64,000 bases of DNA from Octopus vulgaris (GCA_951406725.2 OX597816.1:156178001-156242000), one strand, 5' to 3'; shown: positions 14,043 to 26,880, numbered from the stretch's first letter. Numbers and translations: made by a program. The notes: generated from the sequence alone by a model not told the origin.

Positions 14043-14208
14043 ATAAAGTTAATCCAAACAAGAAAGCACAAAAAAACACAACAACGCGAGGACGTGGAAC
14101 AAATATAGTATTATTGGATGCTCAGGAAAGAAGGAAAGAAGGAGGGTTTAACGTTTCGAGCGGAGCTCTTCGTCGGAAACATAGGAGAAGGAAAGATCCA
14201 GAGAAGGA
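14043..14208 (-). mobile_element. Terminal repeat of a second PLE family
   Basis: Lies in a TA tract tail-to-tail with 13830-14020 and carries a hammerhead motif. Confidence 0.6.
14146..14180 (-). ncRNA. Minimal type I hammerhead ribozyme-like motif
   Basis: Minus strand reads gttt CCGACGA a gagc tcc gctc GAAA cg tta aac: U4>C core variant, 4-bp stem II, palindromic stem III, short stem I. Confidence 0.6.
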
Positions 14209-14663
14209 TACATACATATGTATGTGCCAGTTTCTGCTGTGTGTGTAGTACACACAGTGTACGTGTATCTTAATGTTGCCTGTGTATTTATATACACATA
14301 TATATCTTCATACATATATGTGTGTATACATACATGCATACGTACATGCACATACAACAGTTGTATTCATTACTTTTGTGCGTTTTCTGAATGAATGTTT
14401 CATAATATCATTTCACTCTTTAAGGGCTAAGATGAAACATCAACAATTTGTTTCCATTTTTCAAGTGACGACAGAAAACAAATTACTTATAGACAAATAA
14501 ATGTTATAGAAAGCAGGTGTCTTTATATTCTACGCATTTCCAGCCTGTATTTGCGTCTTTTTTTGCAGTATTAAATCATCGCGGTTCTTTAAAATCTGGT
14601 AGATACTTCAACCGTCAAGATTCCCCAAATCGATATTGATTTGAAAACCTTATTGTTATTATT

Positions 14664-15092
14664 GAGAGAGCAATACATACCATAAAAGTGACACTGGGTT
14701 ACAGATATACGCAGCCCAATATACCCATCATGACTAGACATGGAGATCTCATACAAAGATAAACGGCAATCAACTTGCAGGTGAGGCCCTGTTAGAATTT
14801 TTTCACGTCGAATAGCCCATCCCACTCAAAAGGTCCCTGAAAAAGGTTTGTTTAAAGATGCTGGACGTAATACCCATGTTTCCAAAGGTGAAGTATTAAA
14901 ATTCCTCTCAAGACATGGCTATAATCCTCCCCTACTGCTACTGCATATAGTCAGCCACTAAGGGACATGTTTATGGTCAAACAACTGACAAGCAAATCTA
15001 CGTCATTGCAGCAGTCCATCAGTTATATTAAGACAAAACGTGTACATGATAACACTTCCAAACAGTTTAGACAAAAGCCCTGAGAGCCACTG
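14664..15092. mobile_element. Family C repeat, copy 2 (diverged, opposite orientation to copy 1)
   Basis: aaagtgacactggg...aaaaggtccctgaa...gtcagccactaagggacatg...gagagccactg, with ATT-type repeats on both sides. Confidence 0.85.
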
Positions 15093-15149
15093 TTTGCTAT
15101 TGCATTATGATTGCAGCTGTCTTTGATGTTGTTTGTGTTGTTGTTGTTG

Positions 15150-15155
15150 TTATTG

Positions 15156-15225
<70 letters not shown>

Positions 15226-15242
15226 CCTTATTATTATTATTA
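15150..15242. repeat. (ATT)n microsatellite
   Basis: Visible. Confidence 0.95.
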
Positions 15243-16249
15243 CATTCGTTAACATCTTCAGTATTTCGATTATTTGAATTTTTCTTGGGGGGACATTTGT
15301 TTTACACAAGAATTCATTAGTTGCATGGAAAGAGGTTTCCAAAAGTGAAAGATGCATTATTGTAATTTGCAAATGTTTGTGTGTGTGTGTGTGTGTGCGT
15401 GCGTGTGTGTGTGAGTGGAAAGAGAGAGAGAGAGAAATAAAGTTAGACAGAGGGAGAAAATGAGTGGAAGAGGGAGCAGATATAAATGAGAGAGGGAAGC
15501 AGAGAATACCTACTTCCCGTACTAAAATGTTATTTACCATGCAAATAGTATTAGAGAAAGAAAAAAAAATCTTTCCAAAAAGATTCACAAACTGCAACAA
15601 CAGCAATACAATATGTCTACAAGGTTGTATTGTGAGTACAAGATATTTTGTCGGACGATGGACCGTACAAATAGAACATATAAAAGGCTTAATAGAGGAG
15701 CAAGAAGGTTATTTAAAGAGAGAGATTGCAACATGGCTGAAACTAGAAAGTAATTATACACAAATATTTATTTTATTACACCCTTTTTTTTTTAACTTTG
15801 TAAATAAGTATGTGTTATATATTTCTCTTGTTTTTATTTCTACGAAATGATATAATTTCCTCCGCTGTTGCTATTTGTGTGGATACAACATCATAATCAT
15901 AAATTTCATTATTAGTCGCAGTATCCTCGTAGTCTCATTTGTTATTGCTTTTATTGAACAAGCGAGCGCAGTTTTGTCTGCCCCGGGTACGAAGAGTTTA
16001 TTTTGTTCGCATATTATTTTTCTTTTTCTGCTCCATTGAATGTACGACACATAACATCTCAGCAGTGCTTAGTAATACTATTTTCTGTAGGCAGCGCATG
16101 AGCGCCTGATGTAGTTATATATCTGATGACGTCTTTTCTTTATCGTTCTCAAGAAGGTTTCTTCGATTTTCTATTCTAGCATTCTCCTTATTATAATACC
16201 CAGATTTTGCTAATGGTTGTATTTTTTATATATGATGTTGTTCATGTTG

Positions 16250-16250
16250 T

Positions 16251-16326
<76 letters not shown>

Positions 16327-16350
16327 ACTGCTGCTGCTACTGCTGATGCT
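16250..16350. repeat. (ACT)n/(GCT)n microsatellite
   Basis: Visible. Confidence 0.9.
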
Positions 16351-16436
16351 ACCGCCTCTATCATTATTTATAAAGCGATGAGCCAAAGGAATCGTTACAG
16401 CATCGGCAACAATGTCTTGTGACATTTTCCCACCAC

Positions 16437-16558
<122 letters not shown>

Positions 16559-16679
16559 CCTGCTTTAAATAAAGCATATTACTCTACCACTGGTATTTGA
16601 GTACTCTTTTTTCCACCTTGTTTCACATTTATGATACGGTATGTATATATATATACATACCGACAAAGAATATGATTAT

Positions 16680-18338
16680 ATGACCAATTTCACAAGTAAA
16701 ACTAGCCAATTCTACGGTATACCTAAGATCCACAAAAGTGAAAAAATAAGCAACGCATGCAAGATAGCTACAGACAAAATAATTAAAGTCCCTAATCCTA
16801 ATGACCTCAAATTGAGACCCATAATAGCAGGTCCGCATGCGAAACCCACCGCCTCAGTAACTTTTTAGACACCCTGTTAAAACCACTCCTCAAACATGTC
16901 AAAAGCTATATAAGGGACGACTTAGATATGCTCAATACCTACCGAATACTATAAACAAAAACACCATACTGGTATCCTTCGATAGTCAACCTCTACTCCA
17001 ATATCCCCCACAACCTAGGACTATCCAATTCTGGCTAGAGAATCACGCCAACGAACTACCACACCGCATCAAAAAAGAATTTGTGATAGAAGGGTTAAAT
17101 TCATCCTGGAAAATAACTTCTTCGCCTTCAATGACAACTTCTACCGACAAAAATCGGGGACTGCGATGGGTACACGAATGGCCCTCCTTTGCCAACCTAG
17201 TCATAGGATACCTAGAGATCAGTCTGTATCGTAAGGTTCTAGAAAGATATGGCAGCCCTTTCTCCATCTACATAGAAAACAACTGGAAGAGATATCTAGA
17301 TGACTGTTTCATCCTTTGGCATAAAAATATAGAAAAACTCATAGAATTCCAGAAAATTTTAAACGGACTGGACGTAAACATCCAATTCACGATGGAATAT
17401 AGCCAACAACAACTCCCCTTCCTCGATATCCTCATTAAGAAAGCTAATAATATAATAGAAACAGACATATACTATAAGCCTACAGACTCTAAGCAATATC
17501 TTCCATTCAATTCATGCCACCCCAGACACACCAGGATGAATATCCCCTTCAATCTAGCAAAAAGGATATGCACTATAGTCTCTAACGCAAACACCAGAGA
17601 CACACGACTACAAGAACTAAAAGATACCCTAATCACCAGGAACTATCCACCTTCACTTATTGACAAGTGCATTCAACGTGCCCTTCAACTTAACATCAAG
17701 GAACTGAGACATCCCAAATCAAAGAAAACTACAACCAAAAGCCTACCATACATCTCCACACACAACCCTCTCAATAACGAAGCCTACACCATCCTCCACA
17801 ACATACCCCTCCTAAAAAAGACCACAGAATGAACACAATCCTCCAAACACACACGATCATAAAAAGCAAAAGACAGCCTAGATCCATGAAAAGTCTCCTT
17901 ACACAAGCCCGAATTCACTCTTCAACACAGAAGCCGACAGTAAAAAAATGTGGAAGACCCAATTGTATGCGACTATCTAATCGAGGGTTCTGAGTTCTCC
18001 TTCAAACAGGGACAACGGTTTACAGTTCACATGTGCTTCGGAGAACCTAATATACTCACTAACCTGCTCCGGGTGTCAAGAGCAGTACATAGGCCAAACA
18101 AAAAATGGTTTGCGTAAACGAATGGCCCTGCACAGATCCCAGATAAAAATTCCCAAAACAGAAAAATAGCTTTTAGCCAACACATAGATACTTGCGCCAA
18201 CAAAAAACACCAAACTTCAGAATTTTCCCCTCTACCAATTTAGGGACGATACAACATCCAGACAAAGAATAAGTAAAGAAAATCTCTTTATTACAAAATA
18301 CAAGCCACTTCTTAACGGGTCTACGACAAACAATTAAT
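16680..18338 (+). pseudogene. PLE reverse transcriptase / GIY-YIG endonuclease, frameshifted
   Basis: Longest open piece is 17083-17832 (YLDD catalytic motif). Several frameshifts separate it from the upstream motifs and from the GIY-YIG domain (~18040-18320). Confidence 0.9.
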
Positions 18339-19043
18339 ATACCTCAACTTTAGAATAAAAGAAAAAATATATATACACACACAAATACTACACTCCATAG
18401 AATCCATTACTAATCAGCCCCTTCATAGCTATATTTACACCCATTCATATTCTCCTTCTCTGTTTTTTCTTCTTCTTCTTCATCATCATCGTTATCATCA
18501 TCATCGGCGTCATCATCATCACCACCATCATCACCACCATCTTCTCCTTCTCCTTCTTCTTCTTCTTCTTCTTCTTCTTCTTCTTCTTCTTCTTCTTCTT
18601 CTCTTCTTCTTCTTCTTCTTCATCATCATCGTTATCATCATCATCGTCGTCATAATCATCACCACCATCACCATCATCTTCTCCTTCTCCTTCTTCTTCT
18701 TCTTCTTCTTCTTCTTCTCCACCCCTACCCCTTAAGTTTGTCACTAATGTTTTTTAGTATAACACCTACGCTAATCTACAAACAATCCTGAATTGAACTA
18801 GACTGCCAGCCGCCACTGACCATTCAAAATACGACCATCAGGGCACTCCCAGATTCTCCCACCCCTTCTCACCAGCCTTCCCTCTACTACCCTACCAAGA
18901 ACTCACAACTACCTCGAACACACAAGTGCAAACAAGGGAGTCAGAGAAAGGCAGAATGCCACTTAAATCTGAACACTACTATAGAAATATTTTTTTAAAA
19001 AACTTTTCTTCTAATTTTTCTAAATTTAATTATTTAATCGTTA

Positions 19044-19081
19044 CAGTTGAAAAGGTCTCAAAATGACCGAAACCGGTACTG
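19044..19081 (+). ncRNA. Hammerhead-like motif in PLE 3' UTR (degenerate core)
   Basis: cag TTGAAAA ggtc tcaaaat gacc GAAA ccgg TA ctg: stem I cag/ctg, stem II ggtc/gacc, palindromic ACCGGT stem III. The core differs from CUGANGA at C3 and G8. Confidence 0.65.
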
Positions 19082-19129
19082 AAATGTTCACTATAAAATT
19101 ATTTTAGCATTTTCTATATTTTATTGTTT

Positions 19130-19191
<62 letters not shown>

Positions 19192-19215
19192 ATATATCTA
19201 TATATATGTACATAT

Positions 19216-19749
19216 AGTAAAACGAGAATCCACATCAAAGTGGCACGTGTACGTTACTACTAGTTTAACCCTAGGCAGATTCTCCACCAGCCGGTTTTCG
19301 ATGCAACGTTCTGCATCCTTTATATACAATATATCGCTAGGAGGGGGAGCGAACTCGTACTAACCTCCATGAGCAAACAGGATCGGGGGACTGGCCAGTT
19401 TCAAGCTGGCTGGCTCTTCGTCAGCCGCAAGTACATGCGCAATGGTGTGATAGCTAACATCCGCTTCTTCCAGTGACATATTGAAAAACAAATCAGTGAC
19501 CATTGGTCACTGATTTGCAACAAGCAAATTAGCTAGTAATAAAATCTCAAGTAGAGATAGAGTAATAACGTATACTAAACAGTAAAGCGGGTAGCCACAT
19601 CGAAGCGGCAGTTGAATGTTACTACTATTTTAACCTCAGTCAGATTCTGATGGAGGTTAGTAGGGGTTCGCTCCTCTTGCTAGCGATATATTATATATAA
19701 AGGATGCAGCTGGTGGGGAATCTGCTTGGGGTTAAACTAGTAGTAACAT
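19216..19749. mobile_element. MITE-like element with long inverted repeats
   Basis: 19252-19372 is the inverse of 19650-19749 (gttactactagtttaacccta...ctaacctccat / atggaggttag...ggttaaactagtagtaac). Confidence 0.7.
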
Positions 19750-19827
19750 CACTTGTCACTTTGATCACACCTGCGGTTAATTCTGTGAGAATGGACAACT
19801 TGTCAATGTTTTCAAAAGGCGTCTCTC

Positions 19828-19940
19828 CCTCTTCTTCTTCTTCTTCTTCTTCTTCTTCTTCTTCTTCTTCTTCTTCACCTCCTCCTCCTCGCCCGCCACA
19901 TCCCCTCTCCTCCTCCTCCCCCTCCTCCTCCTCCTCCATC
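19828..19940. repeat. (TTC)n/(TCC)n microsatellite
   Basis: Visible; lies just past the 3' end of the R4-like fragment. Confidence 0.9.
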
Positions 19941-19989
19941 TTCTGCATGCTGTTGCTGCTGTTACATACATTACCGCGTATGTTAGCTT

Positions 19990-20580
19990 GAATTTCGTTG
20001 CGAACAGGATTCCTGAAATATCAACTCTCCAACGCAGAATTCTTACAATATACAGGATCCCATTTTTCTGCACGTCAGCAATGAACACTCAGTTCCAATA
20101 TTCCTCACCTTCGTAGCCAGCAGTTTTGATTTTGTGCAAAGTGTACCAATTATTACAGGAGGAATAACCCTAACCTTAGTCTTCCCAATCTCTTCACTTC
20201 TCTTTCTAGGTCTCGATCTTTCTCAATGTTCTCGATTTCTTCAGTATCCACTGTATTGTCAGATGGTATTGCAATATCAGTAAGCTTGAATTGCTCGTTT
20301 TGTTTCTAAAATTGTATTTGACCTTCTTGTTTATAAATTATGATATGTCTTTATGGGGAAATCTCATAAAATCTTACTTTTTAACCTTCATCGCGTCCTC
20401 TGGTTCGTGTTCATAGTACTTCTCTTCTACTTTGAATCCATACACTTGGCTAACATCTCAATGCACTCCTTTGTAGATACAATCATGCGTGCACTTGTAT
20501 TCTTTTCGTGCATTTATCTATCATTATTTGACGTTGATCTGCTGAAAGTACGTGAGAATATTCTTCTATTCCTTCGTTAA
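19990..20580 (-). mobile_element. R4/Dong-clade non-LTR retrotransposon, 3' fragment (restriction-like endonuclease domain, decayed)
   Basis: Minus strand gives KYYEHEPE, DIAIPSD...IEKDRDLEREVKRL, VIPPVIIGTL and DVQKNGILYIVRILR. These match R4-type motifs (DxAIPxD, EKxxKYxDL, VIGALG, QKxALLGTARILR). Confidence 0.75.
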
Positions 20581-20887
20581 TAACGGAGACACTCATGCGT
20601 ATATTCAGAAATAGCAGCACTCGGAACCTAGCGGAAATATAACGTTGAACCTGACAGACTGGTGACGTGCTCGAGCTAGAGATGACAGCAACTCAGAATA
20701 GTATAAGCTTTGTTAATAACCATCTTAATGTGCGTGTGTTTGTGTTTCTGAACTAAATTGTTAACTTTTCGTAATATATTGCTTTACATGTTTTATACGA
20801 ATATCACATCTCCAGGTGTTTTGTAATCCATTTGTACGTCACGTTTTGTATTATAGATAAGGGCTCACGTGGCCAATAACAGAATCA

Positions 20888-20944
<57 letters not shown>

Positions 20945-20946
<2 letters not shown>

Positions 20947-21430
20947 TCATGTACATTGTTTTGTCTTGGTATGGGCTACAGCAAATATTCTGCTCAATAC
21001 CACAGATTTGCTTGTCAGTTGTTTGACCTTAACTAGTTGAGCATGTCCCTTAGTGGCTGACGATATATGCATCTCTGATCACGAGCAGAAGTAGTGGAGG
21101 AGCATCATAGCCATGTGTTGAGAGGGATTCTTTGGGGTTTGAATAATTCACCTCTGGAAACATGGATGGTTCTTTCAACATCCTTAAACAACCCTTATTC
21201 AGGGACCTTTTGAGCGGGATGGGCTACTCAACCTGAAGAAAATTCTAACTGGGCCCCACCTGCAAGGTCATGTGCTGTTTATCTTGATATGAGATCACCA
21301 TGTCGCGCACATATGGTTGTGATGCATGTGCCCGGTGTACCCTTATCAGACGGGTAGTCATGATGGGTATATTGGGCTTCGTATATTTTACCCCAGTGTC
21401 ACTTTGATGGCATGCGCTGCTCTCTCACTC
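20945..21430. mobile_element. Family C repeat, copy 3 (truncated)
   Basis: Lies between two (AAT)n tracts and is near-identical to the reverse complement of 21486-21980. Confidence 0.92.
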
Positions 21431-21452
21431 AATAATAATAATAATAATAATA

Positions 21453-21485
<33 letters not shown>

Positions 21486-22038
21486 GAGTGAGAGAGCAGT
21501 TCATGCCATCAAAGTGACACTGGGGTAAAATATACGAAGCCCAATATACCCATCATGACTACCCGTCTGATAAGGGCACACCAGGCACATGCATCACAAC
21601 CATATGTGCGCGGCATGGTGATATCATATCAAGATAAACTGCACATGACCTTGCAGGTGGGGCCCAGTTAGAATTTTCTTCAGGTTGAGTAGCCCATCCC
21701 GCTCAAACGGTCCCTGAATAAGGGTTGTTTAAGGATGTTGAAAAACCCACCCATGTCTCCAGAGGTGAATTATTCAAACCCCAAAGAATCCCTCTCAACA
21801 CATGGCTATGATGCTCCCCCACTACTTCTGCTCGTGATCAGAGATGCACATATCGTCAGCCACTAAGGGACATGCTCAACTGGTTAAGGTCAAATAACTG
21901 ACAAGCAAATCTGTGGTATTGAGCAGAATATTTGCTGTAGCCCATCTTTTATACCAAGACAGAACAATGTACATGATAACACTTCCAATCAGTTAAGATC
22001 AGAAGCCATGAGAGCCTCTGCCTGGTACTGCATCAGGG

Positions 22039-22040
<2 letters not shown>
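21486..22040. mobile_element. Family C repeat, copy 4 (longest, inverted relative to copy 3)
   Basis: gagtgagagagcag...gcctggtactgcatcagggca, with (ATT)n on both sides. Confidence 0.92.
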
Positions 22041-22116
<76 letters not shown>

Positions 22117-22981
22117 TGTTGTTGTTGCTGCTACTGCTCCAGTTCTTATTCTTATTCACATTGGTGTTGTTGCCACCATCACTGTTATGATTACTATTAT
22201 TAAAACTATTATTATTAATGTTGTCTCAATGCTGTTCTTGATTTGTTTCTATTCCTTACATTGATTTAGGATCGATAATGCTCACACGAAATTCTCCTAA
22301 GACTATAACAAATCAACTTAAATATATTTGCTTTGCCATTTGCAATTATCTGATTAAGCGCTTGTTCATCTACTTACGTATTTTAAAAATCATTTCCAAT
22401 CGTCCATGAATTCTTCATTTCTTTCATTGGAATTATTGCGTTATTTAAGCTATATTATTTATTTTCAATTTTTGATAGATTAGAATTTGTCTTTTTATTT
22501 CTGTATGCTTTTGACAATAACTATATCAAGAAATATTACACAAAACACAATGAATATGCAACATCTGTATGTGTAAGTGAGCATATTTTATTAAGAAGAA
22601 AATCTTTTAAATATCCAGTTGAGGTACTTCAGAAAGTGTAGCAGAAGCTGGTAAAACTAAATTATTTCTTACATTTTCGTTTTAATAACGATGTATTTTA
22701 TGGAAAGTTATGTAATGAAAAGGAATTATTGCAGTCTGATGGTGACATGCCTCCTCTCGTAGGAAAATATTTATTTGATTCATCACATTCGATTACAACA
22801 ACAACGTCAGTAACAAGAACAATAATGATACCAGTAAGAATTCTAATAGAGATTTATTATATATTCACATTGATAAAATGCTAAACTGTGCTAAGCAAGT
22901 GGATGGGAAATATTAGGTATACGAAAGAAAATATTAATAGTTAAACACATTACACCCCTACCCCAAACATTTATGAATATT

Positions 22982-23039
<58 letters not shown>

Positions 23040-23300
23040 CGTGAAGACCTGTGTCGCATTCGTTAAAGTGTGACACTCACGATCATTAGAACAATTGTGT
23101 AGGTTTTCGATCCGAGTGGAAGCCAAACTGTTTCGAGGAAGAGAATTAATTTAATGTGGCCCAATTCCATTTCGTTGTAAAGAAGTTCTAACAAAAGCTG
23201 ATAAGCAAATTCTGTGACGGACTGGCATCTCGTTGAGAGGTAACGCTGCAGTTTCAGTTATTTTATACAACATGGAAATCGGTTTAAGGTTCGAGTCTTA
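23040..23300 (+). mobile_element. Highly diverged SINE (related to family D)
   Basis: ctgtgacggactggcatctcgtt resembles ctgcgatggactggcgtcccgtc of the 36075-36389 element. Confidence 0.4.
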
Positions 23301-24219
23301 GTGATCATGACGGACGCAGTTAAAATACAATCCTAATAAAATGACGCTATTTTCAACCGGAACTGCTAAAAACATGAATAAGATCTATGCATATGCTTAC
23401 TGTTTTCTCCCTATATTATATAACCGAGATCACACATTGAATGTTCTATTAATTTCTGAATATCCACAGATGTTCTTGTGTAGCACTTTTGCTGTTTTTC
23501 CAGTTACTGTTTGATGAAAGATAGCACATCAGTAAGTTTACCATGCTTCCCCCATCCCTCACGCAGCTTCTTTTCGAGGAAATAAGTTCCTTTCACGCTC
23601 ATTTGACATTCTCGCTTTGGCAATGGGATTTTGGCTTCTTTTATTCATTTGCTCATAATAACATGCTAGAAAATTATAAAGTTTAAAAGGTCACTAGACC
23701 TTTATGATTGTACAACTGATCTGTAGACCCCGTTACACCAACCTGAGGCCGACAGGACCCTCTGTCAGAGACTACGGTTGGGATCGTGTCTCATTGAGTG
23801 GTGTTTGCATAAAATGAGATATTCTTTTCGGTTCCACACTATACAAGCCACTGGTTATTTGTATAAACAAAATACTGTTATATGTGCAAACTTATTTTAA
23901 AGATGGTGTTTAAGCATTCACTCATACGTGGATAATATGGCCTAATTGTCCTAAAAATACAAGAACAGATTCAAATATGCATATAGATATAAAGGTATAT
24001 TAGGTACGAGTACCGTTAATTCAAACATGATTTTCATTCCTCCTCATTTTTTCCTTTTTTTCATTCGTTCTATCCCCTCGTTTCCTTTTTGTAGAGGAGC
24101 GTAATCTGGAAACATCACAGGCATCTTCCATTTTTTCCTGGGCATCAAACTCGAATACCCTGTTTGTTGTTCTTTCATATTTCTGCGTTTTTGTATACTT
24201 TTGTATATATTATTTGAAC

Positions 24220-24255
<36 letters not shown>

Positions 24256-24317
24256 CATACACATACATATATGTGTGTGCATGTATGTATGTATATATAT
24301 ATATATATATATACACA

Positions 24318-24416
<99 letters not shown>
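24220..24416. repeat. Compound (TA)n/(CA)n microsatellite
   Basis: Visible. Confidence 0.95.
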
Positions 24417-24499
24417 GCGATATGATTCAAAAGTCCATCAGACAATGACAGAAGTAGGTTAGCAACTGAAATTAATTGAAGTTAGGTAAGCTTCTTAAT

Positions 24500-26070
24500 T
24501 TATGTCTTGTCTGCGGCAGCCTCTGTTCTATTTGCTAACGTTGTATCTTCTCACTACAGTTTGTATCCAATAGTTCACTCTTTTCAGTAAGAGAAATCTC
24601 GATTCCAGTCCATCCGTTGTCTAGCACAGCTCAGGATCTTTTTCTCGTGTCATATGTTGTCTTGGTAAGACGTTAAAGACAGTAGTGTCCGTTGAGTTGA
24701 AATAGTTCTATCTTAGTGTTCTGATGTGACGCGGGCACGATCTTTGAGTGAATGTTATAGTTGATATCAATATCATTTTGACAATGCCATTACAACATAC
24801 TCTACATCATAAAAGTAATATAGCCCTCGCAGCGGTGTTGGAAGGAATAAACTTCGTGTTCAGAAGGGGATCCCGTCAAGTCGTCTATTTTTCTTGTGAT
24901 CGATCTCTGGGGCGCTTCATTTTTTAGAATAGATTGTGTCGTGTAGGGAGACCATAGCGAACAACAATATTCAAGGTGAGGAAGGACAAAGGGGGAGAGC
25001 AGAAGCATAATGTTAGGAGGGTCTCTAAACTGAAGAGTCCTAAAGATCAAGGAGTATGCTGGGCCATATGGAATTTGCTGTTAATATGGGCATTTCAGCT
25101 TAAGGTGTTGTGGACGGTCACTCAGATGTTCATAGCGGTGTTTGATGCTACGTGTCTTTAGCCGGTGGGAGGAAAGTATGGTAGCTTGAGTGCCGCCTCT
25201 TTACCGAAGTGGATTAGTTAAAACTTATTTTCGTTTAGCTACATAGTGCGGTTTCCGTCCATCGGATAACTATGAGTAGATCCGATTGGAGCTTAGTCCG
25301 ATCCCCTGATCTGTCGACGACCTTTAGAAGTTGAGAGCCATACTCGAAATTTTAATGCTGTATTTGATGCCATCATTGGTATCATTGGTGTAAATAATGA
25401 AAAGGAATGGACCCAATACTGTGCTTTGTAGGACTCCGCTGTGACTCTTTCAGAGCTTAATCGAACATCTCATATCACCACATTTTGGGTTCTGCTCAAC
25501 AGAAAACAAACAATCCACTTTAATAAGTTGCCAAGTACTCCGATTTTAGATAACTTTCGTAATAGGATGCTGTGATCAACCCTTTTCAAGGCGTTGCTGA
25601 AATCAAGATATATGATATCCGCAAGAAAGTAGGCTACTACTTTCTAGGAAGTGAGTTACTCACAATCGTACAATTCTCTCAAATGATATGATGATACGAG
25701 AGATAAGTGAGATTGGTTGATTGTTCCCTGGCAGCGAATGTGTTGCCCTTTTTGTTTCGAAAATAGAGACAAGTGGCTCGGACTGGGGATTATCGGGAAT
25801 ATAGCCAGCGTCCAGTGATTTCCTCCAGGGAACAGCTAAAGGGAATACCAGTTGATGTCAGTACTGCTGCAAGACTCTGGTGAGGAGCCTGTCGGGGCCT
25901 GCAGCTGAGTTACATGTAATTTTATAGATAATAGCTATGATATCTGGGGTGCCGAACGATATGCCGGATAGGATGCAGTGGAGGTTTGTTTCACCGTCAA
26001 GATTAACTATCTTGAGATTGCTGAAAGGAGAGCCGAATCTTAACCGTATCTTCTGCTCCATTATGCAGAG
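24500..26070 (-). mobile_element. CR1-group LINE, decayed RT ORF
   Basis: Minus strand gives SAAGPD, DIIYLDFSNALKRVDHSILLRKL, SGVLQSTVLGPFLFIIYTND and PHLEYCCSLWSPY, with many stops and frameshifts. Confidence 0.85.
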
Positions 26071-26114
26071 CGTCATTTTCATTTTTTCTGTCTCTCACTT
26101 TCTAATATGCGTGT

Positions 26115-26179
<65 letters not shown>

Positions 26180-26596
26180 TGTGTGTGTGTGTGTCACTCT
26201 CTCTCTCTCTCTGTGTATGTATGTATCTATCTATTTCCGTATATCTGCATGTATATCAGACCAAAGTGCTATCTTTTATAGAATAGAATGTTGCTGGCCA
26301 ATATACATATGATACATGAACATATTTACTGCAACACACCCACACGTACAGACTGATCAACAGCCTGGGGGTCAGACGTAAAATTAATAGTTATTGTTGA
26401 CTTAAAACTTTTAAACTTGTTTGGAAGAATCAAGTTTGTACAAATTGAACAAAGAACGAGAGCAGAAAATTAATTAAAATGTCTCGTGAAGTAAAGAAAT
26501 AACGAAAACGCTAAAGGGAGACAATCGGTATTTTTAGAATTTTCACAGTGATTGACTTATGAAATCGATTTTATACAAGCACATGCATGTATATAG

Positions 26597-26662
<66 letters not shown>

Positions 26663-26837
26663 ATATTTATATGTATATATTTATATATATATATATGTAT
26701 ATATAGATATATAGATATATAGATATATACAAACACGCGCACACACATACACACATGCACGCACATATACACACATACAAACACATACATTACTGTATAT
26801 GAATATATGTGTATAGCTACGCATGAGTAATTCAGAG

Positions 26838-26880
<43 letters not shown>

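Larger units (their letters stand above)
16640..19130 (+). mobile_element. Penelope-like retroelement, Neptune-type, 5'-truncated
   Basis: Motifs FYGIPKIHK, LRPII, RYLDDCF, YYKPTDSKQYLPFNSCHP, Cys linker CGRPNC, and GIY-YIG NLIYSLTCSGCQEQYIGQT. 3' UTR carries a hammerhead motif. (TA)n lies on both sides. Confidence 0.92.

Noticed and set aside
17083-17832. 249-aa RT ORF as a functional or domesticated gene
   Set aside because: It is one frame of a multiply frameshifted PLE, and its N-terminus is out-of-frame sequence.
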